Assembly (NCBI GenBank): GCA_965215265.1
Contig: OZ244048.1
Coordinates: 608,001-672,000, forward strand
Source: Candidatus Poribacteria bacterium
Lineage (GTDB): Bacteria > Poribacteria > WGA-4E > WGA-3G
Direction of reading: 5' to 3'
DNA: 64,000 bases
Positions 17,977 to 29,940 of this stretch are shown here, in pieces. The notes beneath the pieces are model-generated. The model was not told the DNA's origin, did not search any database, and was given only the letters and a program-made list of their open reading frames with translations. The position numbers were made by a program, and so were the translations under genes. Each line of letters starts with the position of its first letter. Position 1 is the first letter of the stretch.

Positions 17977-20900
17977 ATGCGAACACCAAAACAGAAACTC
18001 CAAACGCTTCTCCAACAACTCTTCCGTACCGATGCCGCCGAACTCGACTTCGGCATCTACCGCATCATTAACTACCGCCGCAACCAAATCCAAAACTTTA
18101 TAGATACCGAGCTCCCCACCCTCATCAACGACGCGCTCCACGCAGACACACACGCAGAAAATGCACACCAACAGATAGAAACCCTCGCAAAACAGATACA
18201 ACAAACCCTCGGCGACACCGTCTTAGACGCAGACGGAAACCTGCTCAACGAGAACTTCAGACAAGCCCCACTTGTCCAGCAATACCTCACCGCAAAACAA
18301 CAACTCGGCACCCCCAGAACCCAAACCGAGCGCGCCGATGCCGTTTTCAATCACCTCTACACCTTTTTCTCACGCTACTACGAAAATGGCGACTTCCTCC
18401 CACGCAGACGCTACACGCAAACCCAACGATACGCCATCCCGTATAACGGCGAAGAAGTCTACCTCCACTGGGCAAACCGAGAACAATACTACGTCAAAAG
18501 CGGAGAGCATTTCACCGGTTACACGTTCAAAGCCGAAGCGATTACTGTCACCTTCTCGCTCCGCACCATAGACATAGAAAAGGACAACGTCAAAGGCGCG
18601 AAACGCTTCTTCATTCCGCTCTCTGCCGAAACGCAGTATCGCCCGGAAACCAAGCAGCTGGAGCTCCCGTTTGAACATCGTCCGCTCACTGATGCGGAAA
18701 AGAAGCGCTACGGCAAGCAGAAACAACAAGAGAAAATCCTGGATGCCGCTGAACCTGAAATCCTAGCAAACCTGAGCGCTCACTATGAAGTGCTGTCTGC
18801 CCTAGAGCGCCGCACGGATGAACTAAGCACGCTGAAGAAACACCTGCGCACCTACACGCGCCGCAACACGTCGGACTTCTTCATCCACAAGGCGCTGAAG
18901 CGATTCCTGACGCGTGAGTTAGATGTATATCTAAAAAACGAGGTTATCCCTCTGTCTGGCTTTATACTTAACACATATCAAGGGGGGGGGCGGTACGGGC
19001 AAATGGAAACGGCCCCACGCCGCCACCTTGGCTTGAAACCGCACAACTCGTTCACCGCATCGCCACACAACTCATCCACTTCCTCGCTGACATAGAAGAC
19101 TTTCAGAAACGCCTCTGGCTCAAAAAGAAATTCGTCCTCTCTACCGACTACTGCCTCACGCTCGACCGGGTCCCGGAAGCGTTCTACCCCGAAATCGCTC
19201 ACAACCGCGCACAACGCGAGGCGTGGCAGCACCTCTTCGCCATTGAGGATATCGCAGGCCACCTCATCAACACCGACTATTCTGAGCCGCTCACGGTGGC
19301 ATTCCTCCAGCAAAACCCGAACCTCGTTCTGGATACCTGTCACTTCGACGCAGACTTCAAAGACCGGCTGCTGGCACACTTCGACGAACTGGATGCCCAA
19401 ACCGATGGACTGCTCATTCATGGAGAGAATTTCCAAGCGTTAAACCTCCTCACCGCGAAATACCGAGACACCGTGAAAGCCATCTACATAGATCCGCCCT
19501 ATAACACCAAAGGCTCCCCAATTTTGTATAAGAATGACTATAAAGATTCATCATGGATGTCTCTCATGGCTGACCGAATTGCTATTTCCCGGGAGTTATT
19601 AACAAACAACGGTACCTTCTGTGCCGCCATTGATGAAGTGGAAGCTCCTAACCTTTGGCAGCTTCTCCAACAGCTATTTGGCAAAGAAAATGAACTTGGG
19701 GTTGCAGTGGTCTGTACAAACATATCCGGGGTCACAACACCTAAGAGACTCGCTGCATGTCACGAATATGCCATGTTCTTCGGCAAGAAACCTGACGTAA
19801 AGGTCGGACATGTTAAATGGACGGAAAAACAACTCAAAAACTATAAAGATATTGACAATCAAGGCCGCCGTTTCAGATGGGTAAATCTCAGGAATGATGC
19901 CGGAGGCCCTAATAAACTGCGGGAAAACAGCCCGCGTATGTTCTACCCGCTTTTCGTGAGCGATCAGAACATACGCATTCCGAAAATTGAGTGGGATGAA
20001 GAAGCTAGGCAGTGGCAACTATTAGAATCCCCTACCCCGAATGAAACAGAAGTATTACCGATTCAGCCAAATGGAAATGAAGTGACATGGCAATACTCGA
20101 TAGAACGGGTGGAGGCGATGTTATCATCATCCGAACTGTATGCGAGAAAAGATAAAAATGGGAATATCCGAATCCGCTTAAAGTGGTTCCTAAAAGAGGA
20201 GGGTATATTGCCAAAAACATGGTGGGATAAAAATGTATACGCTGCTGGTAGATATGGAACGACTTTTCTCACAGATATGTTCAGCGACAATTTTGCATTT
20301 CCATATCCGAAGTCCATCTATCTCGTAGAGGATTGCCTCCGCGTCTCTTCGCTGGGTAAAAACGATACTGTCTTAGACTACTTCGCAGGTTCTGGCACCA
20401 CCGCCCACGCCACCATCAACCTGAACCGCCAAGACAACGGCAACCGAAAATATATTCTCGTAGAAATGGGACACCACTTCAACACCGCTCTCAAACCCCG
20501 GCTCCTCAAAGCCATATACGCACAAAACTGGAAACACGCAAAACCCACATCACGCCAAAGCAAACTCTCACACCTCTTCAAATACCAACGCATAGAATCC
20601 TACGAAGATACACTCAACAACATCCAGTTCAAAACACACCAAAATCCGCTCTTTCAAGAACCGATGCTACGCTATCTGTTAGGAAACGAAACCCATGAGA
20701 GCCCAACGCTGCTCAACATTGAGAAGCTCCAAACCCCATTTCACTATCAACTCAACATCGTCACCGGGCTAAACACACAAACACAAACCATAGACATTCC
20801 GGAAACCTTCAACTACCTGCTTGGGCTCACCGTCAAAACCCGGCGCGTCTTCTACGATAAAGCCAGACGCTACCTCGTCTACCGTGGCACTCTCCAGGCG

Positions 20901-21092
20901 AAGAGCGTCACGATTATCTGGCGAGAGACGCACGGCTGGCAACCGGAAGATTGGGAAAGAGACTCTCGTTTTATTCAACACCATAAACTCACGGAACACG
21001 CAGACACGCTCTATGTGAACACCGACAGCATCGTCCCCGAGGCAAAAGCGTTGGACGTGCTCTTCAAACAGTTAATGTTCACCGAACCGTGA
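17977..21092 (+). pseudogene. mod: Type III R-M methyltransferase (Mod), frameshifted at a G9 tract (18982-18990); possibly phase-variable
   Basis: 5' part: ELDFGIYRI, FFSRYYENGDF, YNGEEVYLHWAN..QYYVKS. A second frame is open from 18990: IHFLADIEDFQKRLWLKKKFV, IYIDPPYN (motif IV), LDYFAGSGTT (motif I). G10 or G7 would join the two frames. Confidence 0.88.
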
Positions 21093-21260
21093 ACCGGCGG
21101 GCGCGAAAATGTTACCGGTTCCGCCTTTTTTTGGGGGGGGGAAATATGAGAGAAAACGCCTCTGCACCTATACAGGGCGTGCGTTATCAACTAGATGCAA
21201 CATGTTACCAAAAACAGAAAAACGTTACCAAACGGTAACGTTTTAAGGAGAAATAAAAAG

Positions 21261-21998
21261 ATGAAATTCAAAGAAAAACACAAGCAATTCGCCGTCAAAT
21301 GCTACGCGCGATTTATGAAACGCTCTGATGTCCTTGCGGCATTCATGTCAGAATTTTTTCACGATGTATTGCAGCCACACCTCGAAGAAAGCCTTGAAGA
21401 GAACGCCTCGGTGGAGCTTATAGAAAAAGCGGCCGATTTATTCAAGGCATTAAACATGCGAATAGAAGCCACGGAGAAAAGAATGGAGTCGTGGAATCTC
21501 CCCCCAGAGTCGGATATCACCAGCGCCGACGTAATCACCAGCTTGGCATCCTATTTTGGAAACCCAGGACTGCCTAAGGAATTTATGATCACAGTCACCA
21601 AAAAACTCTCAGAGCAACTTCGCAGGTTCGACATTACCCATCGCCAATTTCCTAAAAAATACGAGACACTGTTTTACGAAACCCGCAGAGACTTTTGTGC
21701 CAGCTACAACGATGCCAACCTGCAAAACGCAGATAACATCGCTACGGAATTGAACAACCTCTACGGCTACACCAAACAACTCGCCTTTCAAGAAGAAGAA
21801 CCGGAAAAGGCCATAAAACACGTGAACCTCGCACACCAACTCCTCAAAACCCTGATTACCTACAAAGCACTCAACGCAGAGCAAAACCTCGTAGATGTCA
21901 CCCCCGGAACCGCAAAAGACATGATAGGAGCTCCGAAACATTTAACGCAACAATTAGAGAAGAACGCAGAAACAACAAACGGGAAACAACCGTCATGA
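21261..21998 (+). CDS. Hypothetical protein inserted between mod and res (N-terminus weakly DUF2280-like)
   Basis: AAGGAG RBS, 245-aa ORF, codon style differs from the flanking R-M genes. Confidence 0.6.
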   Translation: MKFKEKHKQFAVKCYARFMKRSDVLAAFMSEFFHDVLQPHLEESLEENASVELIEKAADLFKALNMRIEATEKRMESWNLPPESDITSADVITSLASYFGNPGLPKEFMITVTKKLSEQLRRFDITHRQFPKKYETLFYETRRDFCASYNDANLQNADNIATELNNLYGYTKQLAFQEEEPEKAIKHVNLAHQLLKTLITYKALNAEQNLVDVTPGTAKDMIGAPKHLTQQLEKNAETTNGKQPS

Positions 21999-22062
21999 GT
22001 GTCCGAACAGCCCCTATTGTCTTTCGCTAAAGCAAATGTCTACTTTTCAAGGAATTCGCACT

Positions 22063-25000
22063 ATGTCCAAACCTCGCAGCCTAGAAACCGAGCTCCTCCG
22101 CCACGCCTGGCTCAATCACAACTTCGGCTACAACACCACCGGCGAGCTGCTCCACGCCATGAAAAACGAAGCGGAACGCCTCAGCCAAGACGGACACGCC
22201 GCCCTCACTGAAGCGCTCCGCGCACGCGCCACACCGCCAATCGCAGACGCACTCCCAACCTACGATGCCAACATCCAACGCCACCTCAATGCCATCAACC
22301 GCACCCGAATCCAACCCATCCGCCTCCGCTATTTCCAATACCTCGCACTCCTCTACACCGAAATCTGCCTCGATTGGACATTGAATAAACGCACCGCCTT
22401 CTTGCACCACCTCAACGCCTTCGTCCAACAACGCAACGCCGACAAAGCCCCCGGCGAACCCCAACACGCCCGCTTCACCGACGCAGAACTCGATAAACTC
22501 GCCTTCTGGATGGCGACAGGGGCAGGCAAAACCCTCATTCTCCACATCAACTACCACCAGTTCCGACACTACTGCCAAACCCCGTTGGATGACATTCTGC
22601 TCATCACGCCCAACGAGGCTTTGAGCGAACAACACCGGCGCGAACTCGCAAACTCTGACATCCCCGCAGAACGCTTCCAAATGCACCGAAACCGCATCGC
22701 ACACACACACAACGCCATACAGATACTCGAAATCACAAAACTCGTCATCCAAAAAACAGGAGAAGGCGACACCATACCCGTTGAGGCGTTTGAGGGCAAC
22801 AACCTTATTTTCGTTGATGAGGGACACAAAGGCACCGGCGGAGATGTCTGGCGCCACCTTCGCCAACAACTCGCCCAGACAGGCTTCACCTTTGAATACA
22901 GCGCCACCTTCGGACAAGCGCTCGCCGCCGCAAAAAACCGAGAACGCGTTGAGGAATACGGCAAAGCCATCGTCTTCGACTATTCATACCGCCACTTTTA
23001 CGCAGACGGCTACGGAAAAGACTTCCGCATCCTCAACCTCAAACACGACGAACACACCCAAACCGAGACGCTCCTCCTCGCCAATCTCCTCGCTTTCTAC
23101 CAACAGCACCACTACTTCACACACAACCGAGACATCGCACACACCTATGGATTAGACGCACCCCTCTGGGCGTTCGTCGGCAGCAAAGTCAACGCCGTCT
23201 ATACCGAAAAGCACACAAAACGCTCCGATGTCCTCACCGTCCTCCGATTCCTCCACCGATTCCTAAAAAACCCGCACAACTGGGCCATCCGCACCCTCGC
23301 CAAAATCCTGAATGGAGAGAGCGGGCTCACCGATGAAAACGGCACCGATGTCTTCGCCAACCAATTCCCTCTGCTCTCTCAACTTCACAAAACCCCAGCC
23401 GACATATACACCGCCATCCTCACAGAAGTCTTCCATACCGATACCCATGGCGCACTGCATCTCTCTCACATCCGAAACGCACCCGGCGAAATCGCACTCA
23501 AAGCCACACACGGCCGCCAGAACTTCGGACTGCTCTACATCGGCGATACCGCTTCCTTCAAAAAACTCGTTGAAACCGATGATGCCGCCATCGTCTTCGA
23601 CACCGATAATCTCATCACGGAGAGCCTTTTCACCCACATCAACACGCCCACGAGCCCCATCAATCTCCTCATCGGCGCCAAAAAGTTCATAGAGGGCTGG
23701 GACAGCTGGCGTGTCACCGCCATGGGACTGCTCAACATCGGCAGGCAAGAAGGCGCACAAATCATACAACTCTTCGGGCGCGGAGTGCGCCTGCGCGGCA
23801 AACAGATGAGCCTAAAACGCAGCAGCGCCCTCGACGGCGAACATCCACCCCATCTCCGGCTATTGGAAACCCTCAACATCTTCGCCGTCCGGGCAAACTT
23901 CATGGCACAATTCCGAGAATACCTCACCCGTGAAGGTATCCCTGCAGAAGAACCTGTCCACATAGAAATCCCCATCAAACCCAACAAAGATTGGCTACAG
24001 GCACCGCTGTTTGTCCCAGAAGTCCCAGCCTACCGCGACGACGCGAAAGACACCTGCGTGCCCTTAGCCGTCAACCCAGGCATCTATATCACCCATCGCA
24101 CCCAAACCGTTGAAATCCTACAAAGTCGCAACACCGAAAGCATACAAGACAGCACCGCACAACCCGCCATAACCCACGCACACATCCCACACGACAGCCT
24201 CAACCTCCTCAACTGGGAAGCAATCTACCTCCAACTCATCGAATACAAACAGCAAAAGCAGTATCACAATCTCATCTTCGATACCCCCACCCTCAAACGC
24301 ATCATCGCCCCAGACGCTGGCACCTATCAACTCGCCATCAGAGACGAAACTGACATCATACCCACGTCTCTCACAGAACTCGCCCGGGTAGAGCAACTCG
24401 TCCTCACACTGCTCCGCAAGTATCTCACCAAATTCTACGGCACCATCCAGAAACGGTGGAGTGAGCATCGCATCCGCCTCCGCATCTTAGACGAAAAAGA
24501 CACGAACTTCACCAACTGGCGCGTCGCCATCTCCCAAAACAACGCACAGGAACTGGTGCCGCACCTCACAGCCCTCATAGAGGCTGGCACCATCTACGGC
24601 CCCGACTTCACCGCGCTACCCACCGCCTATAACGAATGCCACCTCTACCAACCCCTCCTCGCCGAGGACAACCGCACCATAGAACGCACCACCCCACCCC
24701 CTTTGAACGCAAGCGAAAAAGCGTTTGTCGAAGATATGCACCGCTACATCCGAAAACATCACAACAGAAAACAGATTGTCCTCTTACGCAACCACAGCCG
24801 AGGCAAAGGCATCGGATTCTATCAAAACCACGGATTCTACCCCGACTTCATCCTCTGGATGCTTCACGACGGCAAACAACGCATCGTCTTCATTGAACCG
24901 CACGGCCTGATGCATGAAGCCATCAACCCACACAACCACAAAATCACGCTATTCAAAACACTCCGCCACATCAGCGATACACGGTTCCGCAGGCAGCCCG

Positions 25001-25152
25001 TCGAAATGGATGCCTATATCATCTCCAGCACCGATTTCACACAGATGCAGAAAAAATGCGGACTCGACAAACTGACTTTCGAGCAGTGGCATATCCTTTT
25101 CCCAAACCCTACCGATACCACATACCTCGAACCAATTTTCAGACAGACGTAA
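22063..25152 (+). CDS. res: Type III restriction endonuclease subunit (SF2 helicase plus PD-(D/E)XK-like nuclease)
   Basis: MATGAGKT (Walker A), VDEGH, EYSATF, FIEGWD, QLFGRGVR, C-terminal FYPDFILW..FIEPHG. Confidence 0.9.
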   Translation: MSKPRSLETELLRHAWLNHNFGYNTTGELLHAMKNEAERLSQDGHAALTEALRARATPPIADALPTYDANIQRHLNAINRTRIQPIRLRYFQYLALLYTEICLDWTLNKRTAFLHHLNAFVQQRNADKAPGEPQHARFTDAELDKLAFWMATGAGKTLILHINYHQFRHYCQTPLDDILLITPNEALSEQHRRELANSDIPAERFQMHRNRIAHTHNAIQILEITKLVIQKTGEGDTIPVEAFEGNNLIFVDEGHKGTGGDVWRHLRQQLAQTGFTFEYSATFGQALAAAKNRERVEEYGKAIVFDYSYRHFYADGYGKDFRILNLKHDEHTQTETLLLANLLAFYQQHHYFTHNRDIAHTYGLDAPLWAFVGSKVNAVYTEKHTKRSDVLTVLRFLHRFLKNPHNWAIRTLAKILNGESGLTDENGTDVFANQFPLLSQLHKTPADIYTAILTEVFHTDTHGALHLSHIRNAPGEIALKATHGRQNFGLLYIGDTASFKKLVETDDAAIVFDTDNLITESLFTHINTPTSPINLLIGAKKFIEGWDSWRVTAMGLLNIGRQEGAQIIQLFGRGVRLRGKQMSLKRSSALDGEHPPHLRLLETLNIFAVRANFMAQFREYLTREGIPAEEPVHIEIPIKPNKDWLQAPLFVPEVPAYRDDAKDTCVPLAVNPGIYITHRTQTVEILQSRNTESIQDSTAQPAITHAHIPHDSLNLLNWEAIYLQLIEYKQQKQYHNLIFDTPTLKRIIAPDAGTYQLAIRDETDIIPTSLTELARVEQLVLTLLRKYLTKFYGTIQKRWSEHRIRLRILDEKDTNFTNWRVAISQNNAQELVPHLTALIEAGTIYGPDFTALPTAYNECHLYQPLLAEDNRTIERTTPPPLNASEKAFVEDMHRYIRKHHNRKQIVLLRNHSRGKGIGFYQNHGFYPDFILWMLHDGKQRIVFIEPHGLMHEAINPHNHKITLFKTLRHISDTRFRRQPVEMDAYIISSTDFTQMQKKCGLDKLTFEQWHILFPNPTDTTYLEPIFRQT

Positions 25153-25433
25153 AAAAACTTGCCAATTAACCCAAAAATCGGTTATTATAAACATGATATC
25201 AAATTATTCTCTCTTGATAAGGGCTCTCTGTTATCTACAAAAGCAGGCAGTTCGGGCAGGGCACCTCCATAGGGGTGCGGGCTCCACCCCGCCGGCGCTT
25301 GTAGAACCGTTGTCACGTGTTCACACGCGCCGAATGCCCAAGCACAGCCATTAACGCATTCATAACGTTGAAGCTGATGCTGGCACTCGCATCCATGATT
25401 TCGACAAGCGCGTACGGACAGGTCCAGTAGAAC

Positions 25434-26819
25434 ATGAAACACGACACCTTAAAAAAAGCACATAATGAGCTCCGGACCCTACTCGGAACCCAATTTAACA
25501 CAGATCATGGAACCCGGGAAGTGCATGCACGCGATGCATCCTATCACCGCGGACCACTCCCTGCCGCCGTCGCGTTTCCCAAAACCAACACACAAGTCGT
25601 ACACATCGTCAAAATCTGTGCAAAATACAATATCCCAATAGTCCCATACGGCACCGGCACCGGCGTAGAAGGCGCTGTCATCCCTATCGATGGGGCGCTC
25701 TCTATCTCACTTAAACAGATGAACCGCATCTTACGCGTCAGCAAACACGACAGAGATGCCACAGTCCAAGCCGGTGCCACACGCCTACAACTAAACGCCC
25801 ATCTCGCACACATCGGCACGCAGCTCCATTTCCCTGTTGACCCCGGTGCAGACGCATCACTAGGCGGCATGGCGGCTACACGCGCCTCCGGCACCAGCGC
25901 CGTCAGATACGGAACAATGCAAGACAATACCCTCGCACTCTCTGTCGTCACAGCAGACGGCACAATGCTACAGACAGGCAACCGGGCAAGGAAATCCGCC
26001 GCCGGCTACGATCTGACCCGGCTCTTCATCGGCTCCGAAGGCACCCTAGGCATCATCACCGAAATTACACTCAAATTAACACCACTACCCCAAGCCGTTG
26101 CCGCCGCCGTCTGTGCCTTTCCAAACGTTAATGCCGCCATCAATACCGTCATTCAACTCATACAAGAACAGTGCAACGTCGCACGCATCGAACTCCTTGA
26201 CGAACGCCTGATGAACGCCGTCAACAATTATGCCGGACTCGCCTATCAAGTCGCACCAACCCTCTTCTTTGAATTCCACGGCTCAACCCAAACCGTCACA
26301 GAAAACTCAAAACTGGCACAAGCCATCGCAGCACAATACACACACACCGAATTCCAATGGGCTACTGAAGAAAAGCAACGACAAAAACTCTGGAAAGCAC
26401 GATACGATAGCTACTACGCCGCTCTTAATATGCGCCCCGGTTCCGTCGGGTATGTCACCGACGCATGCGTACCAATATCACACCTCGCCGAATGTATCAC
26501 TAAAACACAGCAGCTACTTGACAATTCCGAAATGCTCGCCGCTTTATTGGGGCATGTCGGAGACGGAAACTTCCACGTCGTTTTCCCTCTAGAACCGAAC
26601 AACCCGCACGAACTGGCAAACGCTCGCCATCTCAGCCAACAAATCGTTAACATCGCCCTAGAACTCAACGGCACCTGCACCGGCGAACACGGCATCGGTA
26701 TCGGAAAACGGGACGCATTAAAAAAAGAGAATCCAAACGCATTTCACTTAATGCGCACCATCAAACACGCACTCGACCCGAAAAACATTATGAACCCCGG
26801 CACGCTCTTCACAGAATAG
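25434..26819 (+). CDS. FAD-linked oxidase (D-lactate dehydrogenase / GlcD family)
   Basis: PYGTGTGVEG, DPGADASLGGM, GYDLTRLFIGSEGTLG, GHVGDGNFH, GEHGIGIGK. Confidence 0.92.
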   Translation: MKHDTLKKAHNELRTLLGTQFNTDHGTREVHARDASYHRGPLPAAVAFPKTNTQVVHIVKICAKYNIPIVPYGTGTGVEGAVIPIDGALSISLKQMNRILRVSKHDRDATVQAGATRLQLNAHLAHIGTQLHFPVDPGADASLGGMAATRASGTSAVRYGTMQDNTLALSVVTADGTMLQTGNRARKSAAGYDLTRLFIGSEGTLGIITEITLKLTPLPQAVAAAVCAFPNVNAAINTVIQLIQEQCNVARIELLDERLMNAVNNYAGLAYQVAPTLFFEFHGSTQTVTENSKLAQAIAAQYTHTEFQWATEEKQRQKLWKARYDSYYAALNMRPGSVGYVTDACVPISHLAECITKTQQLLDNSEMLAALLGHVGDGNFHVVFPLEPNNPHELANARHLSQQIVNIALELNGTCTGEHGIGIGKRDALKKENPNAFHLMRTIKHALDPKNIMNPGTLFTE

Positions 26820-26839
26820 GAACAATCGCACAAACACCA

Positions 26840-27880
26840 ATGTCTATAACGCATACCGACAAAAACATGTTCCACGATAGAAACAAAAAATGGAGCATCC
26901 TACTCACCGATTACGCATGGGCCTCCGTTGAAACTGAGCGCCAGCTTCTCAGTGAAATTGGGGCAGAGCTCACTGTCGCTAAAACCGGGGACGAAACCGA
27001 ACTCCTTGAACACGCACCAACAATCGACGGCCTCCTCACATGCTGGAAACCCGTCCAATCAAACGTCATCAGTAGCGCCAAGAAATGTCAAATTATCGCC
27101 CGGTGCGGCATCGGCTTAGATAACATCGATGTCGAAACCGCAACACAACACGGCATCGTTGTCACCAACGTACCCGCCTACTGTGTAGACGAAGTCTCTG
27201 ACCACGCTCTCGCGTTGCTCCTCGCCAGTGCACGCAAAATACCACGTTTTAACACCGCCGTCAAAAACGGCACCTGGGAACAGAATATCGGCCCGCACAT
27301 CTACCGCTTGCGCGGCAAAACCGTGGGCATCGTCGGATTCGGAAAAATCGCCAAAGCATTCCTACCAAAAGCACGCAGTTTGGGACTAAAAGTCATCGTC
27401 TATTCGCCGCGCACATCGCAGCAACATATTGAAAACCACAGCGCACTAAAGGTAAACTTTCATCAACTCCTAAACGACGCTGATTTCATTACCATACACG
27501 CACCGCTCACATCTGAAACGGAGGGCATGTTCGCAACTGTAGAATTTCAGGCAATGAAACCTACCGCCGTCTTGATTAACACTGCACGCGGAGGCATCGT
27601 CAACACCGAAGCACTCACAACAGCACTCGTAAATAGAGACATCGCCGGTGCCGCTCTCGATGTCCTTCAAATCGAACCACCGCAACCCAATCATAAACTC
27701 TTAAAATGTGATAATGTTATACTGACACCACACGCAGCCTTTATATCAGAAGAGGCCCTTCTCGAACTTCAAGTCACTGCCGCTTCATGCGTGACACAAC
27801 TCCTCACCGGTCAGCTGCCCGAATCTGTTGTCAACCCAGAGGTACTGGAACGCCCAAACCTCCGGGCAAAATTCAATTAA
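26840..27880 (+). CDS. D-isomer-specific 2-hydroxyacid dehydrogenase (PGDH/CtBP-like)
   Basis: [32 protein letters not shown]. Confidence 0.9.
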   Translation: MSITHTDKNMFHDRNKKWSILLTDYAWASVETERQLLSEIGAELTVAKTGDETELLEHAPTIDGLLTCWKPVQSNVISSAKKCQIIARCGIGLDNIDVETATQHGIVVTNVPAYCVDEVSDHALALLLASARKIPRFNTAVKNGTWEQNIGPHIYRLRGKTVGIVGFGKIAKAFLPKARSLGLKVIVYSPRTSQQHIENHSALKVNFHQLLNDADFITIHAPLTSETEGMFATVEFQAMKPTAVLINTARGGIVNTEALTTALVNRDIAGAALDVLQIEPPQPNHKLLKCDNVILTPHAAFISEEALLELQVTAASCVTQLLTGQLPESVVNPEVLERPNLRAKFN

Positions 27881-27909
27881 GTCTTTTACACACACACACG
27901 GAGACACAA

Positions 27910-29103
27910 ATGCAACAACTCCCTGATGCAACAGGACATTTTGGACAATTCGGAGGGAGATACGTCCCTGAAACCTTAATGCCTGCTTTACTTGAGCTCG
28001 AAGAAGCATACAACACCCTCAAAACCAATCCGGAGTTTCAAAATGAATTTCACGAATACCTCCGAGAATACGTCGGCAGACCCAATCCGCTCTATTACGC
28101 AGAACGCTTGACACACGCACTCGGTGGCGCAAAAATATATCTCAAACGTGAAGATCTCAACCACACCGGTGCACACAAAATTAACAGTGCCATCGGACAA
28201 ATCCTGCTCGCTCGCTGGATGGGCAAAAAACGGATCATCGCCGAAACCGGTGCCGGACAGCACGGTGTCGCTACTGCAACCGTCGCCGCAAAATTCAACA
28301 TGCAATGCGAAGTCTACATGGGCGAAGAGGACATCGAACGCCAGGCACTCAACGTCTTCCGTATGCAACTCATGGGCACAAAGGTCATACCGGTTAATTC
28401 CGGCTCTCGCACTCTCAAAGATGCAATCAACGCATGCTTCCGGGACTGGGTAACCAATGTCCGTAGCACATATCTCTTACTCGGCTCTGTCGTCGGCGCA
28501 CACCCATACCCCATGATAGTCCGAGATTTCCAAGCTGTCATCGGTGAAGAAACAAAAGCACAAATCATAAAAAAAGAAGGCAAATTGCCCGACTGCATCG
28601 TCGCATGCGTCGGCGGCGGCAGCAACTCGCTCGGCATGTTCTATCCTTTTTACGCCGATAAAACCGTCAAACTCATCGGCGTTGAAGCAGCAGGCGAAAG
28701 CATCTGCAGCAGGAGACACGCAGCACCTCTTACTGCCGGCACCATCGGTGTCTTCCACGGAGCCAAGTGTTACCTCTTGCAAGAAGACGACGGGCAGATA
28801 ACACCAGCACACTCTATCTCTGCAGGATTAGATTACCCCGGAGTCGGACCCGAACACAGTTATTATCGACAAACCGGTAGAGCTGAATACGTACCAATCA
28901 CCGATGCAGAGGCCGTCGAAGGATTCCAACTGCTCTCCCAAACCGAAGGCATCATACCCGCATTAGAATCCGCACACGCAATCGCATACCTCCCAAAACT
29001 CGCAACCCAAATGGACAAACAACAGACTATCGTCGTCTGCCTCTCCGGACGCGGAGACAAAGATGTATACACCATCGCAGACCAAGTGGGAGTAACACTA
29101 TAG
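27910..29103 (+). CDS. trpB: Tryptophan synthase beta chain
   Basis: [48 protein letters not shown]. Confidence 0.98.
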   Translation: MQQLPDATGHFGQFGGRYVPETLMPALLELEEAYNTLKTNPEFQNEFHEYLREYVGRPNPLYYAERLTHALGGAKIYLKREDLNHTGAHKINSAIGQILLARWMGKKRIIAETGAGQHGVATATVAAKFNMQCEVYMGEEDIERQALNVFRMQLMGTKVIPVNSGSRTLKDAINACFRDWVTNVRSTYLLLGSVVGAHPYPMIVRDFQAVIGEETKAQIIKKEGKLPDCIVACVGGGSNSLGMFYPFYADKTVKLIGVEAAGESICSRRHAAPLTAGTIGVFHGAKCYLLQEDDGQITPAHSISAGLDYPGVGPEHSYYRQTGRAEYVPITDAEAVEGFQLLSQTEGIIPALESAHAIAYLPKLATQMDKQQTIVVCLSGRGDKDVYTIADQVGVTL

Positions 29104-29128
29104 AAGCATAGAAGCAACGCAGCCCAAA

Positions 29129-29195
29129 CCCAGTGGGTGGCAGGTAAAAGGTTATCTTGTCTCATGGACAGAGAAAGAATACCTATCCTGCCACT
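29129..29195 (+). repeat. Palindromic intergenic repeat, copy 1
   Basis: CCCAGTGGGTGGCAGGTAAAAGGTTATCTTG...AAAGAATACCTATCCTGCCACT. Confidence 0.85.
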
Positions 29196-29211
29196 GCTAC
29201 GAGGTGGCATA

Positions 29212-29826
29212 ATGACACGAAAAGCAAACCCACCATTCAAAAACCGAACGCTATCCCAAAAAATCCGAACCGGTATTCATTGGCTTTCACACCCAGACGG
29301 CCCCCTCCGGAACTGGCGATACATTCCAACGCGACTCCTACTCCGCAAATTGCACTCCACATCCTATGAAATTCGAGCCTATGCCGCTGAAGGACTCGGG
29401 GCCGTCGGAGACATCCATGCAATCATCCCCCTCATTGAAGCGCTCAGCGACAGCAACGCAACCGTCCGACGCTTCGCTATCTCATCACTCGGACACCTTC
29501 GCGACGAGCGCGCAATTGAACCGCTCATCCCATTTCTACACGATGATGAACCAGATATGCGATGTGCCGCCGTCGTCGCACTCGGGGAACTAGGACTGAG
29601 CGATGAACGCACCGCAAAACCACCTGTCCGAATCATAGAGGCTCTAATCGCCAGCATCACTGACAACGACAGAGCCGTCTGCTCTGCCGCCGTCGTCGCA
29701 CTCGGCAGAATCGGCAATACACAGGCCATCTCTGCACTCAAGACACTCGCCCAAAATACCGAAAGCGAATGGATCCGACGATATATCAGCGAAGCACTCC
29801 ACCAAATCAACGAACAGAACCTCTAA
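29212..29826 (+). CDS. HEAT/PBS-lyase repeat protein
   Basis: Repeats RAYAAEGLG, RRFAISSLG, RCAAVVALG, SAAVVALG. Confidence 0.88.
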   Translation: MTRKANPPFKNRTLSQKIRTGIHWLSHPDGPLRNWRYIPTRLLLRKLHSTSYEIRAYAAEGLGAVGDIHAIIPLIEALSDSNATVRRFAISSLGHLRDERAIEPLIPFLHDDEPDMRCAAVVALGELGLSDERTAKPPVRIIEALIASITDNDRAVCSAAVVALGRIGNTQAISALKTLAQNTESEWIRRYISEALHQINEQNL

Positions 29827-29940
29827 CCGGTTCCTGTCTGTTTGTAGTCGTGCACTTCATTGCCTATCTCTCGCAATACCGCCTTGACATCCCACTATTA
29901 GCAGTTGAGGCTATACTTTAAACAAAAGGAGACATCCGCC

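Noticed and set aside
22081-24468. Long antisense ORFs opposite res (278, 168, 150 aa) and similar ones opposite other genes
   Set aside because: Shadow ORFs caused by the strong C/A codon bias, which depletes stop codons on the reverse strand; no recognisable motifs.
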